A DNA stretch of 32,000 bases from Candidatus Nitrospira inopinata (GCF_001458695.1 NZ_LN885086.1:480001-512000), one strand, 5' to 3'; shown: positions 15,595 to 24,474, numbered from the stretch's first letter. Translations and numbers: made by a program. Notes: generated from the letters alone by a model not told the origin.

Positions 15595-18474
15595 TCACCC
15601 CAGCGTCCATCGCAACGTAAAGAGCGGCTCTTGTTCCAGCTTCTGCTCCAGCCGCCGGCTGATCTCATCCAGCAAGGCATCTTTTTGCCGGTTGATCTCA
15701 CGCGACGCTTCATCAAAGACTTTCCAGGCCTCGATCCGCTTGGATTCCAATTGGCGCAAGGCTCTCTGCCGTTCCAGCTTCTCCGGAAGGTTCGGCGCGA
15801 GACGGGCAGCCTTTTTCGTCTCCTTAATCGTTTCATCAAGCTCATCGAGTTCCGCCTTGAGAGATATCCGCCGATCCTCGGCCCAGCGATCGAGCTTGTC
15901 CATTTCCAGATCGAACCAGCGGCCGTTGCGGGTGGTGAAGTCCTCGAGGAGCTGACGCTCGCGGGATGCGTGGGCCTCGGCCAGCGTTGCGGCGACGGCC
16001 TCGGGTATGACGCATGACCGCTCCACCGTGGCCGGCAGGTCGAACAGGCGGCGGCACTGAACGTCGTCCAGCGGCTCACCGGCGTCGGTTGCGCCTGCAA
16101 AGAAGAGATGGTCCTCGGTCTCCATCGCGCTCACCGTGAGCCTCACGCAGGCAAGCCAGCCGCTGGTGCCGACGAGGGACTCAAGGATCGCGATCTTCTT
16201 GCCACTGTCGCGGTAGTGAAAGGTGACCTCCGCCGGTGGCGTCTCCAGGCCACGGCCGAGGGCGAGCACACGCTGCGCCAGTGGGTGCCCCACGCGATAG
16301 GTATTGGCATCCTCGGTGCGCCTGCCCATGCGGTACGGGCCGGGGTGAATGGCTTCGCCGGCGAAGGGATTGCTGTGGAGCATGAAACTGAAGTCCGAGT
16401 CCTCGAAGCGCGCGTGGTCGCGCAGCAGGTAGCGGGTGAGTCGCCAGAGGCGCTCGTTGAAGCGGTCGAGCACATCCTGGCTTTGGATACGGACCTTCTC
16501 GACCACTTCCTGATCGAAGTTGTCGAGGAGCTTCTCGCGCGCGTCGCGCTGACCTTCTGCAATCTGTGACTCCAGCTCGCGCTGGAGCCGGTCGAACTCG
16601 AACTGGATCTGCTCCGGCGTGCGGCACTTGTGATAGATCCCTGCGATGCGCTTCTCGAAATCGACGCCCGACTCGATCGCGCCGAGCACCTCGTCGCTGG
16701 CACCGAAGACTCCGTTGAACAGGCGGAACTTCTGGTCCAGCAGCTCGTAGACGCGCTGGTCGGCGGCGTTGGTCTTGTTGAGGAAGTTCACCACCACGAC
16801 GTCGAACTTCTGGCCGTAGCGGTGGCAGCGGCCGATCCGCTGCTCGATGCGCTGGGGGTTCCAGGGCAAGTCATAATTCACCACCAAGTTGCAGAACTGG
16901 AGGTTGATGCCCTCGGCGGCGGCTTCGGTGGCGATCAAAATGGCTGCCTCATCGCGGAAGTGCTCGACGAGGGCCGCGCGCATGTCCGCGCTCGGTGACC
17001 CGCTGACCCGGTCCGTTCCCGCGTGCTTCGCCAACCAGCGCTGGTAGATGGCCTTGGAGGTCTGATCGTTGTTCGTGCCGTTGAAGAGCATGACGCGGCC
17101 GCGAAACTCAGTTTGCTCCAGGAGCCGGAAGAGATATTCCTGCGTGCGGCGCGACTCGGTGAAGACCACGGCCTTCTGCTGGAGCGCTGGGCTGCCCTGC
17201 GCGGCCTGGGCTTCGGCGGCGGCGGCAAAGCCACGTCGCAGGGCCGTCAGCAACACCTCGCCCTTCGAGTTCTTGATGATGGACTTGGCAAGGTCGTGAA
17301 ACTCGCGCAGCTCGGCCAGCTCGCGCTTGAGGTCGGCGAGCTGGTCCGGCGTGAGACGTGCCTTTTCGGTGGTCGTTGCACCGTCCTCCTCCCACTCGTC
17401 AATCAGTTCGTCGAGCTGTTCCCAGTCCTCCGGCAGATTCTCAGGTGGGGCTTCCACGGCTTCGGCGCCCGCCGCGGCGGCCTGGAGCCGCTGCACCATG
17501 CCGTCGAGGGTGCCGGAGATGGCGTAGGTCGAGGAGGCGAGGAGCTTCCGCAGGATCAGCGTGATAAGCTGCCGCTGGCTCACCGGCAGGGCGTAGAGGG
17601 TCTCCCGCTGAAGGTAGTTGGAGACAAGATCGTACAGCCGCTGCTCATCCGGAGTGGGCACGAATTCCTGCACGAGCGCGTGGCGGTTCGTGTACTTGAC
17701 GTACTCGAGCGCCTGCCGACGGAGCGTGCGCTTGCAGAGAGGCGCAAGACGTTCCTTGAGTTCAGCGAAATCGGTGTCGTCGCCGAGACGCGAGAAGCGG
17801 CTGCGGTAACTCTGGAGGTCGCCGAAGGCGAAGTCGTCGATGATGCTGACGAGACCGTAGAGCTCGAGGAGGGAATTCTGGAGGGGCGTGGCGGTAAGCA
17901 GCACTTTCGGGAAGGGTGCAACCGCTTGTTTGATCGCCAGCGCGATCTTGCTCGAGCCCTTATAGACATTGCGCAGGCGATGAGCCTCGTCGATGACCAC
18001 GAGATCCCAGGCGGTTTGGCGAAGGTATGGTTCTTTGGAGCGCGCAAACTGGTAGGAACAGAGGACGACGGCATCCTGTTGGAACGGGTTCAGGTGACCG
18101 GCGCGAATGGCTTCGTTGAAACTGCGGGTCTCGAGGATCACCGAGGGGAGATAAAACTTGTCCTCAAGCTCCTGGCTCCACTGCTTGCGCAGGTTGGCGG
18201 GAAGGATGACCAGGAGGCGCCGCTTCCGCTCGGCCCACTTCTGGGCAATCAGTAATCCGGCCTCAATCGTTTTACCGAGGCCCACTTCGTCGGCAAGGAT
18301 GGCCCCCTTCGAGAAGGGACTGCGGAAGGCGAACAGTGCCGCCTCGACCTGGTGAGGATTGAGGTCAACCTGCGCATCGGCGAGCACGGAGGCAAACTTC
18401 TCCATACTATCGGAGGCGCAACGCCTGGTCAGTTCGTGAGCCAGGTATTTCGCGTGGTAGGGGGTCAGGCTCAT
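15595..18474 (-). CDS. SNF2-family helicase/translocase with a long C-terminal extension
   Basis: 959 aa. Motif I is LADEVGLGKT, motif II is VVIDEAHRLRN, motif III is LTATPLQNS and motif VI is QRIGRCHRYGQ. About 360 C-terminal residues have no recognisable motif and end in a charged, heptad-like segment. Confidence 0.9.
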   Translation of the reverse strand: MSLTPYHAKYLAHELTRRCASDSMEKFASVLADAQVDLNPHQVEAALFAFRSPFSKGAILADEVGLGKTIEAGLLIAQKWAERKRRLLVILPANLRKQWSQELEDKFYLPSVILETRSFNEAIRAGHLNPFQQDAVVLCSYQFARSKEPYLRQTAWDLVVIDEAHRLRNVYKGSSKIALAIKQAVAPFPKVLLTATPLQNSLLELYGLVSIIDDFAFGDLQSYRSRFSRLGDDTDFAELKERLAPLCKRTLRRQALEYVKYTNRHALVQEFVPTPDEQRLYDLVSNYLQRETLYALPVSQRQLITLILRKLLASSTYAISGTLDGMVQRLQAAAAGAEAVEAPPENLPEDWEQLDELIDEWEEDGATTTEKARLTPDQLADLKRELAELREFHDLAKSIIKNSKGEVLLTALRRGFAAAAEAQAAQGSPALQQKAVVFTESRRTQEYLFRLLEQTEFRGRVMLFNGTNNDQTSKAIYQRWLAKHAGTDRVSGSPSADMRAALVEHFRDEAAILIATEAAAEGINLQFCNLVVNYDLPWNPQRIEQRIGRCHRYGQKFDVVVVNFLNKTNAADQRVYELLDQKFRLFNGVFGASDEVLGAIESGVDFEKRIAGIYHKCRTPEQIQFEFDRLQRELESQIAEGQRDAREKLLDNFDQEVVEKVRIQSQDVLDRFNERLWRLTRYLLRDHARFEDSDFSFMLHSNPFAGEAIHPGPYRMGRRTEDANTYRVGHPLAQRVLALGRGLETPPAEVTFHYRDSGKKIAILESLVGTSGWLACVRLTVSAMETEDHLFFAGATDAGEPLDDVQCRRLFDLPATVERSCVIPEAVAATLAEAHASRERQLLEDFTTRNGRWFDLEMDKLDRWAEDRRISLKAELDELDETIKETKKAARLAPNLPEKLERQRALRQLESKRIEAWKVFDEASREINRQKDALLDEISRRLEQKLEQEPLFTLRWTLG

Positions 18475-18632
18475 CCACTCGGTGTCAGGTCACAGAGCGC
18501 AATCGTTGCCGACGAAGAATACCTCTTTCCCGGACGGAAATCATGTCGTCGCGGAGATGCGACCTTTCTGCTCACGGGTGTTCCATGAACTGGGTAGAGC
18601 ATGCGAGACAGGCGGGCGATGCCGATCGCGCG

Positions 18633-19385
18633 TCACCCGGCGTATTCGAAGGAAAGGTCGCGGGTTTGGTCAAGACGGATAGCGGCCAGAGTTCCACTCG
18701 TAAGACGGCCGGCCAGCCGGTCCCACATCGTTTTGACCAAGGTCGAGCCGCTGACCGAGGACACCCCCAAGACCTGTCGGAGATCCCGCTTCTCGAACGG
18801 CTGCACGATCTGCTCGCGCACGAGTCGATCCAGGTCGCTGATATTGGTGACCATGCCGGTGACCGGATCGATCGGCCCGTGCACGGTCACGTGCAGATCC
18901 CAGGCGTAGCCCTCGCCGTTCTCCCTGAGGGCCGTGAAGGTGTAGCGCCTGGTGACCCACGCCCGATCAAGCCCGCCCGCCGCCGTGACATCGGCAGAGA
19001 GGTCTTCGTCTTCGTAGAGACGGACGGCATGAAGGGTCCCGATGTCCGGTTGGGGCGCCAGTTTCGTCCAGAGCAATCGGGCGAAGTTTTCCGAGGTGGG
19101 AATCCGATCCTTGAAATAGGGCATGTCCAGGTTGAGATTCTTGTGGTCGAATTCTTCCAGCACATCGAGGAGCACACGCTTCAAGTCGAACAGATTGACG
19201 ACCATGCCGGTGACCGGATCGATCTCGCCCCGCACCGTCACTTCGAGCAGATAGTTGTGTCCATGAGCTGGCGGGTTGTAGCAGGCCCCGAACACGGCCC
19301 GGTTCGTGGCCTCGTCCCACTCCGGTTTGACATAGCGGTGCGAGGCGGCGAACTCAATGCGTTTGGTGAGGAGAACGGATGACAT
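18633..19385 (-). CDS. Fused tandem 6-pyruvoyl-tetrahydropterin synthase / QueD-like protein
   Basis: 250 aa. The first half carries the PTPS/QueD signature (FAASHRY...GACYNPPAHGHNYLLEVTVRGEIDPVTGMVVNL.DLK). The second half repeats the fold (WDLHVTVHGPIDPVTGMVTNISDLD) but lacks the Cys/HGH residues. Confidence 0.75.
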   Translation of the reverse strand: MSSVLLTKRIEFAASHRYVKPEWDEATNRAVFGACYNPPAHGHNYLLEVTVRGEIDPVTGMVVNLFDLKRVLLDVLEEFDHKNLNLDMPYFKDRIPTSENFARLLWTKLAPQPDIGTLHAVRLYEDEDLSADVTAAGGLDRAWVTRRYTFTALRENGEGYAWDLHVTVHGPIDPVTGMVTNISDLDRLVREQIVQPFEKRDLRQVLGVSSVSGSTLVKTMWDRLAGRLTSGTLAAIRLDQTRDLSFEYAG

Positions 19386-19417
19386 GGGAAGAGATTGTCA
19401 GTTCTCAGTTACCGGCC

Positions 19418-20011
19418 CTATGAGGATCCGTCGTTCAAGTCGGCCAGCCATTCCTCTCTCATGCTGCCGGGAACCTGTGCTTCCTCCCGATAGCCGCTGT
19501 GATCGACCAGCAACGACACGGGTTGCCGCAGATCCGCAAACGTATCTTTCATGGAGGCGGTGGGGCGAAACCGGACGAAATGGACCGCGCTGATTTTGGT
19601 CTCTTGACTGCGTCCCCCCTCGAAATCTCCATAGACCCGTTCGCCGCCCGCGACAATCGCCACCTTTTCCCCGTGATCGAGCCCCATGAACCGATCAAGC
19701 CACATTTTCATCTCGGCCTGCTCGGTAATCTCGATCAACAACGTGGCGCTCAACTCGCCGGGAGCCGGCAGGAGCGCGTTGTACACGTCCAACTCTTCCT
19801 GCACCTTGTCCGGATCGGTAATCCGCTCGACGCGGAGCATCTCCTGAATCTGAAAGTGCAGGGTCTCCCGATTTTCAAAAATCAAGGTGACCAACGGACC
19901 CACGGAAATCCGCCGACGGCGTTTCAGCTCGATGATCCTGGCCCGAAAGGCGTCCCGCCGCCGTTCGTAGTCCTCAATCGACAGGATATCGCTTGGCGCC
20001 AGCGCCTTCAT
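19418..20011 (-). CDS. DUF3501 family protein
   Basis: MKALAPSDILSIEDYERRRDAFRARIIELKRRRRISVGPLVTLIFENRETLHFQIQEMLRVERI... fits the family, and it follows a CCG-domain Fe-S protein and rubrerythrin, which is the usual context. The start is ATG 20011, 8 nt after the upstream stop. The track ORF is 43 codons longer. Confidence 0.7.
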   Translation of the reverse strand: MKALAPSDILSIEDYERRRDAFRARIIELKRRRRISVGPLVTLIFENRETLHFQIQEMLRVERITDPDKVQEELDVYNALLPAPGELSATLLIEITEQAEMKMWLDRFMGLDHGEKVAIVAGGERVYGDFEGGRSQETKISAVHFVRFRPTASMKDTFADLRQPVSLLVDHSGYREEAQVPGSMREEWLADLNDGSS

Positions 20012-20019
20012 AGATCGCC

Positions 20020-21300
20020 CTATTGATCGGATGAAAGCCCGTAGGCGTCGCGAACGATCTGGATGGGGTGTCGGGTCGCCTTGCCCCCCACGTGCGCGGA
20101 CGCTCCGGCTTGGTCCAATTGTAATCCGGCCAGGGGACAATCGGAAGCGATCAGATCGGCCGGCGCCTGCTCGATCGCGCGGACGGCTTTCGTCGCGATC
20201 TTCATCGAAAGGGGGAAAAACTCTTGCTTCGCCGACCAGAACCCGTCATGGCCGGAACACTGTTCGACGAGCTCGACCCGCGCGCCGGCCGTTTCCAGCA
20301 ATTCTTTCGACTTGAAGCCGATGTTTTGATCTCTCAAATGGCAGGGCATCTGGTATGCGATGCGGCCTGGGTTCGTCACGAAATCCGTCGCCAACTGCCC
20401 CGTTTTTTTCATCATCATCAGATACTCGCACACGTCGAACGTTCGCTCGGCGACCCGCTTGGTCCGCTCATCGGGGCTGAGCTCCGGATACTCGCGCTTG
20501 AGCATCAAACTACAACTCGCCGTCGGCACCACGACGTCGTATCCCTCGGCAATCCAAGGATGCAGCCACGCGACGTTGGCGCGGGCGGCTTCTTGAATCG
20601 CTTCCATGTCTCCGTTTTCGAAATTCGGCATCCCGCAACAACGTTGTTCCGGCACCACGACGTGGACGCCGTTCTTCTCCAGCACCTGCACTGTCGCCTT
20701 GCCGATATCGGTGGCCTGATAATTGACGAGACAGGACGAGAACAGCGCGACTTTGCGAACCGGCGCGCCGGTCGCTTGAGGCCGCGCGCGGCGCTGAAAC
20801 CAGCGGGGGAACGTCTCGCCGGCGAAATGGAGCACCTGCCGATCACGATGGACTCCCGCCACCGCTTCAATGACCTTCCGGACCGGTCGACTCTGCAACA
20901 AGCCGTTGGTCACCGTGGCGGCGAGCCCGCCCAATTTCCCGAGCAGGTCCGTCTTGGCCAGCAGCCGATCCCGCCATCGGACGCCGCGCTGCGCCGCCAG
21001 ATGCTTTTTCCAGAGGACCATCAGATGCGGGAAGTCAATTTCGTAGTGATGGGGCGGCGTATAGGGGCAATGGTTGAAACAGAGTTTGCAATAATAGCAC
21101 TCGTCCACGACCCGCCGATGGTCGGCGTCCGTCAACTTGGCCACGTCTCCCTCATAGTCATCGATCCGACCGAGCAACGTATTGAACGAGGGGCAAAGAT
21201 TAAAACACCGGCGGCAGCCGTCGCAGACTTCATAGATCCGCAGCGTTTCTTTGAGGAGTCGTGACGAATCGACGGGATTGATAAGGCTGAGGCCCTTCAT
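20020..21300 (-). CDS. (Fe-S)-binding oxidoreductase, HdrD/GlpC-like with CCG domains
   Basis: 426 aa with two ferredoxin-type clusters (CDGCRRCFNLCP and CYYCKLCFNHCP). C-terminal Cys-rich CCG-type repeats are present (..CCGMP.., ..QCSGHDG..). Confidence 0.85.
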   Translation of the reverse strand: MKGLSLINPVDSSRLLKETLRIYEVCDGCRRCFNLCPSFNTLLGRIDDYEGDVAKLTDADHRRVVDECYYCKLCFNHCPYTPPHHYEIDFPHLMVLWKKHLAAQRGVRWRDRLLAKTDLLGKLGGLAATVTNGLLQSRPVRKVIEAVAGVHRDRQVLHFAGETFPRWFQRRARPQATGAPVRKVALFSSCLVNYQATDIGKATVQVLEKNGVHVVVPEQRCCGMPNFENGDMEAIQEAARANVAWLHPWIAEGYDVVVPTASCSLMLKREYPELSPDERTKRVAERTFDVCEYLMMMKKTGQLATDFVTNPGRIAYQMPCHLRDQNIGFKSKELLETAGARVELVEQCSGHDGFWSAKQEFFPLSMKIATKAVRAIEQAPADLIASDCPLAGLQLDQAGASAHVGGKATRHPIQIVRDAYGLSSDQ

Positions 21301-21382
21301 GGGGGGAGGTACGGCACGGGCATTGTGCCGTCGGCTTGAGCCTCGTAAGCGGCCGCGCCGACGGCTGACTCAACGCCCGGCT

Positions 21383-21805
21383 CTATTTCAGATTGTCCAG
21401 GCCCTTCTGAAACCGATTGGCGTGCGAACGCTCGGCCTTCGCCAGCGTCTCAAACCACTCGGCCAACTCGGGGAACCCTTCATCGCGCGCCGTCTTGGCC
21501 ATTCCCGGATACATTTGGGTGTACTCATAGGTTTCGCCTTCGATCGCGCACTTGAGATTGGCCTCGGTATTGCCCATCGGACTGCCGGTCGCCGGATCTC
21601 CCACTTCCTTCAAAAAGTCCAGATGGCCGAAGGCATGGCCGGTTTCCGCCTCCGAGGTGTCGCGAAAGAGCCCGCCGACGTCCGGATACCCTTCGATGTC
21701 GGCGCGGCGCGCAAAATAGAGATACCGCCGGTTGGCCTGTGACTCGCCGGCAAAGGCATGTTTGAGATTCTCGTAACTTTTTGTTCCTTTTAGGCTCTTG
21801 CTCAT
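21383..21805 (-). CDS. Rubrerythrin-family diiron protein (no rubredoxin domain)
   Basis: 140 aa. [23 protein letters not shown], the ExxH pair ([17 protein letters not shown]..) and [10 protein letters not shown] make up the typical four-helix diiron ligand pattern. Confidence 0.9.
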   Translation of the reverse strand: MSKSLKGTKSYENLKHAFAGESQANRRYLYFARRADIEGYPDVGGLFRDTSEAETGHAFGHLDFLKEVGDPATGSPMGNTEANLKCAIEGETYEYTQMYPGMAKTARDEGFPELAEWFETLAKAERSHANRFQKGLDNLK

Positions 21806-22012
21806 ATCCTCCTCCTCTCGGCTTGAATGTCGTCAAGCTTCACCGCTGACCCCTTTTCCGTTCGTTCTGAAGAACCGACTTCCGATGGGCGGTAGGTAAG
21901 ATAGCTCAGCGATCGCGATCGGTTCAAGGGCTTTTCTTACGCACGTATGATAGACTCCGCCGTCGTTGGGTCAACCGCGACTCTCAGCGGCCCTTGCCGA
22001 ACCGCACACGGA

Positions 22013-22636
22013 ATGACGAAAGAACGCCTTATCCCCCCACGGACAAACCGCGCCACCAGCGAGTTCCCTCGTCATACTCTTTGGACCCGATCCCTGCTTC
22101 TTTGGCTCGTCGTTTTATGCCCGCTCCTTTTCGGAGGCTGCGTCCACCGCATCCACGTCAATCCGGTCCCCACCGCCCCGGCGGCGGCTTCAATCCCAAA
22201 GTCCTTGCACGTCACCGTCCGTTCTTTGGTCCTTGAAGGCGCGGACCATCGACCGGGCATCACGTTGCTCGAATGGTCGCGCGATGATTTGCATCGGGCG
22301 ATCGTGCGCTACGCGGAACAACGGAAGACCTTCGCCGCGATCGTGAATGACCGGCCCGACCTCGCGTTGCAGGTGAGGACCAAGCTAACCCTGACCTCCC
22401 GGCAGGGACGTTATCACTATCACGTCCGCGCGCAAGCGGAGATGAGCGAGACCGACCGACCGATTAAAACCTACATCGCCGAAGGCTCCGCGCCCGGCTC
22501 GATCGCTCGATGGATCACCGCGTCGGACCGCGACCCCATCGAATCGGCGCTCAAGCTGGCCTTGGACGATTTGTTCTCCCAGATCGAAGCGGACCGATCG
22601 GTCTACACGGGCGAGGCGAAAACACCGGTCCCTTAG
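22013..22636 (+). CDS. Putative lipoprotein, unknown function
   Basis: From ATG 22013: MTKERLI...LLLWLVVLCPLLFGGCVH, a hydrophobic segment plus the lipobox L-F-G-G-C. The start choice is uncertain (the track ORF starts at 21947). Confidence 0.5.
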   Translation: MTKERLIPPRTNRATSEFPRHTLWTRSLLLWLVVLCPLLFGGCVHRIHVNPVPTAPAAASIPKSLHVTVRSLVLEGADHRPGITLLEWSRDDLHRAIVRYAEQRKTFAAIVNDRPDLALQVRTKLTLTSRQGRYHYHVRAQAEMSETDRPIKTYIAEGSAPGSIARWITASDRDPIESALKLALDDLFSQIEADRSVYTGEAKTPVP

Positions 22637-22694
22637 CCGGTCCGGCGAAGCATCTCACGTGATTGGAGATTCAGTCCGTCAGAGACCGTAAACT

Positions 22695-23327
22695 TCAGGC
22701 TCCCTTTGCGCGGATGGCTTGCAGGGGGATGTATTCGGGGCAATCGAGACGGAGGGCTTGATCGCCGAACGGCGCATCAAAAAAGCGGCAGTGGTGCGGC
22801 TGATCGGCTCCCTCGTGCTCGTTGGGCCGGAAGTGGGCGCACGAGACGCACATGCGGACGACGGGGATTTCCCCTCGTTGTTGAAGCACCTGAATGAGCT
22901 TCACCAACGCCGTCAACAGGCCGACCTGCTCCTGGGGAGAAAGTTGTTCGGTCGCCGCCGCCAGAACTTCCGGCCACGCGCTCTCCGTCTTTCCCGCCTT
23001 CGCTCCCTTGGCGGTCAGATGAACCTTGACGATGCGCTGATCGGCCTCGTCCTGGCGACGACGCACCAGTCCCTTTTCGGCAAGCGTTCTGATGACCTCG
23101 GAAGCGGTCGGGAGCTTCACCGCCAATTCCCGCGCGATCGTCGAGACCGTCGCCGCCCGGCCTTGACAGGACCGCAGATACGTCAGCACTTGCATTTGCA
23201 AGGGACCGACCCCTTTTCGCCCCTGCCGCCTCCACGTTCGGCTCTTCATCGCCAACCCGATTTTCGACAATCCCGTCACCAACCGATCCGGAAGAGGGTC
23301 TTGATTCATCTTCGCCGACAGGGCCAT
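22695..23327 (-). CDS. MarR-family transcriptional regulator with C-terminal Cys/His-rich extension
   Basis: The winged-HTH core is LQMQVLTYL....ATVSTIARELAVKLPTASEVIRTLAEKGLVRRRQDEADQRIVKVHLTAKG. The extra tail is MCVSCAHFRPNEHEGADQPHHCRFFDAPFGDQALRLDCPEY. Confidence 0.75.
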   Translation of the reverse strand: MALSAKMNQDPLPDRLVTGLSKIGLAMKSRTWRRQGRKGVGPLQMQVLTYLRSCQGRAATVSTIARELAVKLPTASEVIRTLAEKGLVRRRQDEADQRIVKVHLTAKGAKAGKTESAWPEVLAAATEQLSPQEQVGLLTALVKLIQVLQQRGEIPVVRMCVSCAHFRPNEHEGADQPHHCRFFDAPFGDQALRLDCPEYIPLQAIRAKGA

Positions 23328-23372
23328 ACACCGCCTCTCGAATATGGATATGAATCGTTGTGTTGATCTCGT

Positions 23373-23382
23373 TTGACGTCAA
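23373..23382. promoter_or_regulatory. 10-bp perfect palindrome TTGACGTCAA upstream of the MarR gene
   Basis: It lies 46-55 nt upstream of ATG 23327 and contains a -35-like TTGACG on the minus strand. It may be an operator or promoter element. Confidence 0.25.
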
Positions 23383-23587
23383 GCGGGCAGTTTATGGCGT
23401 GCGGTTCGAACCCGTCAAGCCTTGATGCGATTCGCGTCTCGGCGGCAGATGCGGAGGGAGGGAGCGGAAGTACCTCACGAGCATCCCACGATGAAGGGGG
23501 CTCCCGTCACGACCGGAGACTTGCCGACGTTCACTTGGTCACATCTCGCCGATCGGGCGCGCCGCGTGTTCTTCCCGGCCCGGCCGA

Positions 23588-24445
23588 TCATCGGACGACG
23601 AGGACCGAACACGAGGCATGTTGCACGACCCGAGTCGAAACGCTTCCGAGCAACGCACGGCCGATCGCGCCGAGCCCCTTGGCGCCGGTCACGATCAAAT
23701 CGGCCTTCGAGCGTTTCGCCTGCGTGAGAATCTCGCTGGCCGGCTTCCCCAATCGCATCGCTTCCTCCACTTGAAACCCGGCCTTCGCCACCTTCTCCTC
23801 GTACCGTTGCGCCAACAACGTCCCGGCCTGGCGCAGCTCCGGATACTTGAGAAACGGCATCACGTGGGTGACGGTCACCGACACCGGCTCCTGCTCGGGA
23901 CCGTCGGGCGTGGGGTTGAAGTGTCGAAGCAGAAACTTCACCGCCTTTTCCGACGCCGACGATCCGTCAACGGCCAGCAGAATCCGCCGCACGGGGCGGG
24001 GCGCTTCCTTCACGACCAAGACGGAACAGGGCGCGTGATGAATCGCGTGATTCGACACGCTGCCGAGCATGAAGCGATCCAGCGCGTCGAGTCCCCGCGA
24101 GCCGATGGACAGCAACTGAACGCCGCGTTTGGCCTGTTTCATGATCGTCTCCGCCACGGCGCCGCGATCCACGATCACGGTTCCTTTGAGCCCCGACTCC
24201 TTAAGCCAGGTCTCCGCCTCCTGCTTCGTGCCCCGGGCATGCTCCTCCAGCCGTTTCACTTCGGCCTGAATGTATCGCTCCGTTCCCACAATGACGGGCT
24301 GCACCATGAAGGGCGCGCGCAACCCCGCGACGTCGACGACGTGCAGCACTCGAATCGTCGGCTTGACGGCAAACGGAATCTGCGCCGACCACTCGACCGC
24401 CCATCGACCGAACTTTGACCCATCCGTCGCCGCCAAAATTTTCAT
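23588..24445 (-). CDS. Universal stress protein, tandem USP domains
   Basis: MKILAATDGS... and ...LLAVDGSSASEKAV begin two USP repeats, each ending with G.RG......LGSVS..V..H..C.VLVV. The start is ATG 24445, preceded by AAGGA. Confidence 0.85.
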   Translation of the reverse strand: MKILAATDGSKFGRWAVEWSAQIPFAVKPTIRVLHVVDVAGLRAPFMVQPVIVGTERYIQAEVKRLEEHARGTKQEAETWLKESGLKGTVIVDRGAVAETIMKQAKRGVQLLSIGSRGLDALDRFMLGSVSNHAIHHAPCSVLVVKEAPRPVRRILLAVDGSSASEKAVKFLLRHFNPTPDGPEQEPVSVTVTHVMPFLKYPELRQAGTLLAQRYEEKVAKAGFQVEEAMRLGKPASEILTQAKRSKADLIVTGAKGLGAIGRALLGSVSTRVVQHASCSVLVVR

Positions 24446-24474
24446 GCCTATATCCTTTCTGCATCCCCTGTCGT

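Noticed and set aside
15422-15610. 62-aa ORF in the SNF2-mod spacer.
   Set aside because: It has no Shine-Dalgarno and no recognisable motif, and its start lies inside the SNF2 3' end.
7939-18474. Classifying the island as DISARM, BREX, Dnd/Ssp or Dpd.
   Set aside because: There is no DUF1998/DrmB-like, PLD, PglZ, PglX, BrxC, DndACDE or TGT-like gene. The Mod/Res motifs are classical type III. The island is therefore described as an expanded type III-like locus.
7900-18632. Flanking direct repeats (att-like) at the island borders: TCGGTTGCCAAC near 7918 and TCGTTGCCGAC near 18505.
   Set aside because: The match is only about 10 nt and imperfect, which chance can explain. No integrase or tRNA target is present.
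18633-19385. The QueD-like gene as a functional part of the defence island (7-deazaguanine DNA modification).
   Set aside because: It is separated from SNF2 by about 160 nt, has host-like GC, and is contiguous with the DUF3501/Fe-S/rubrerythrin genes. No queC, queE or tgt-like genes are nearby.
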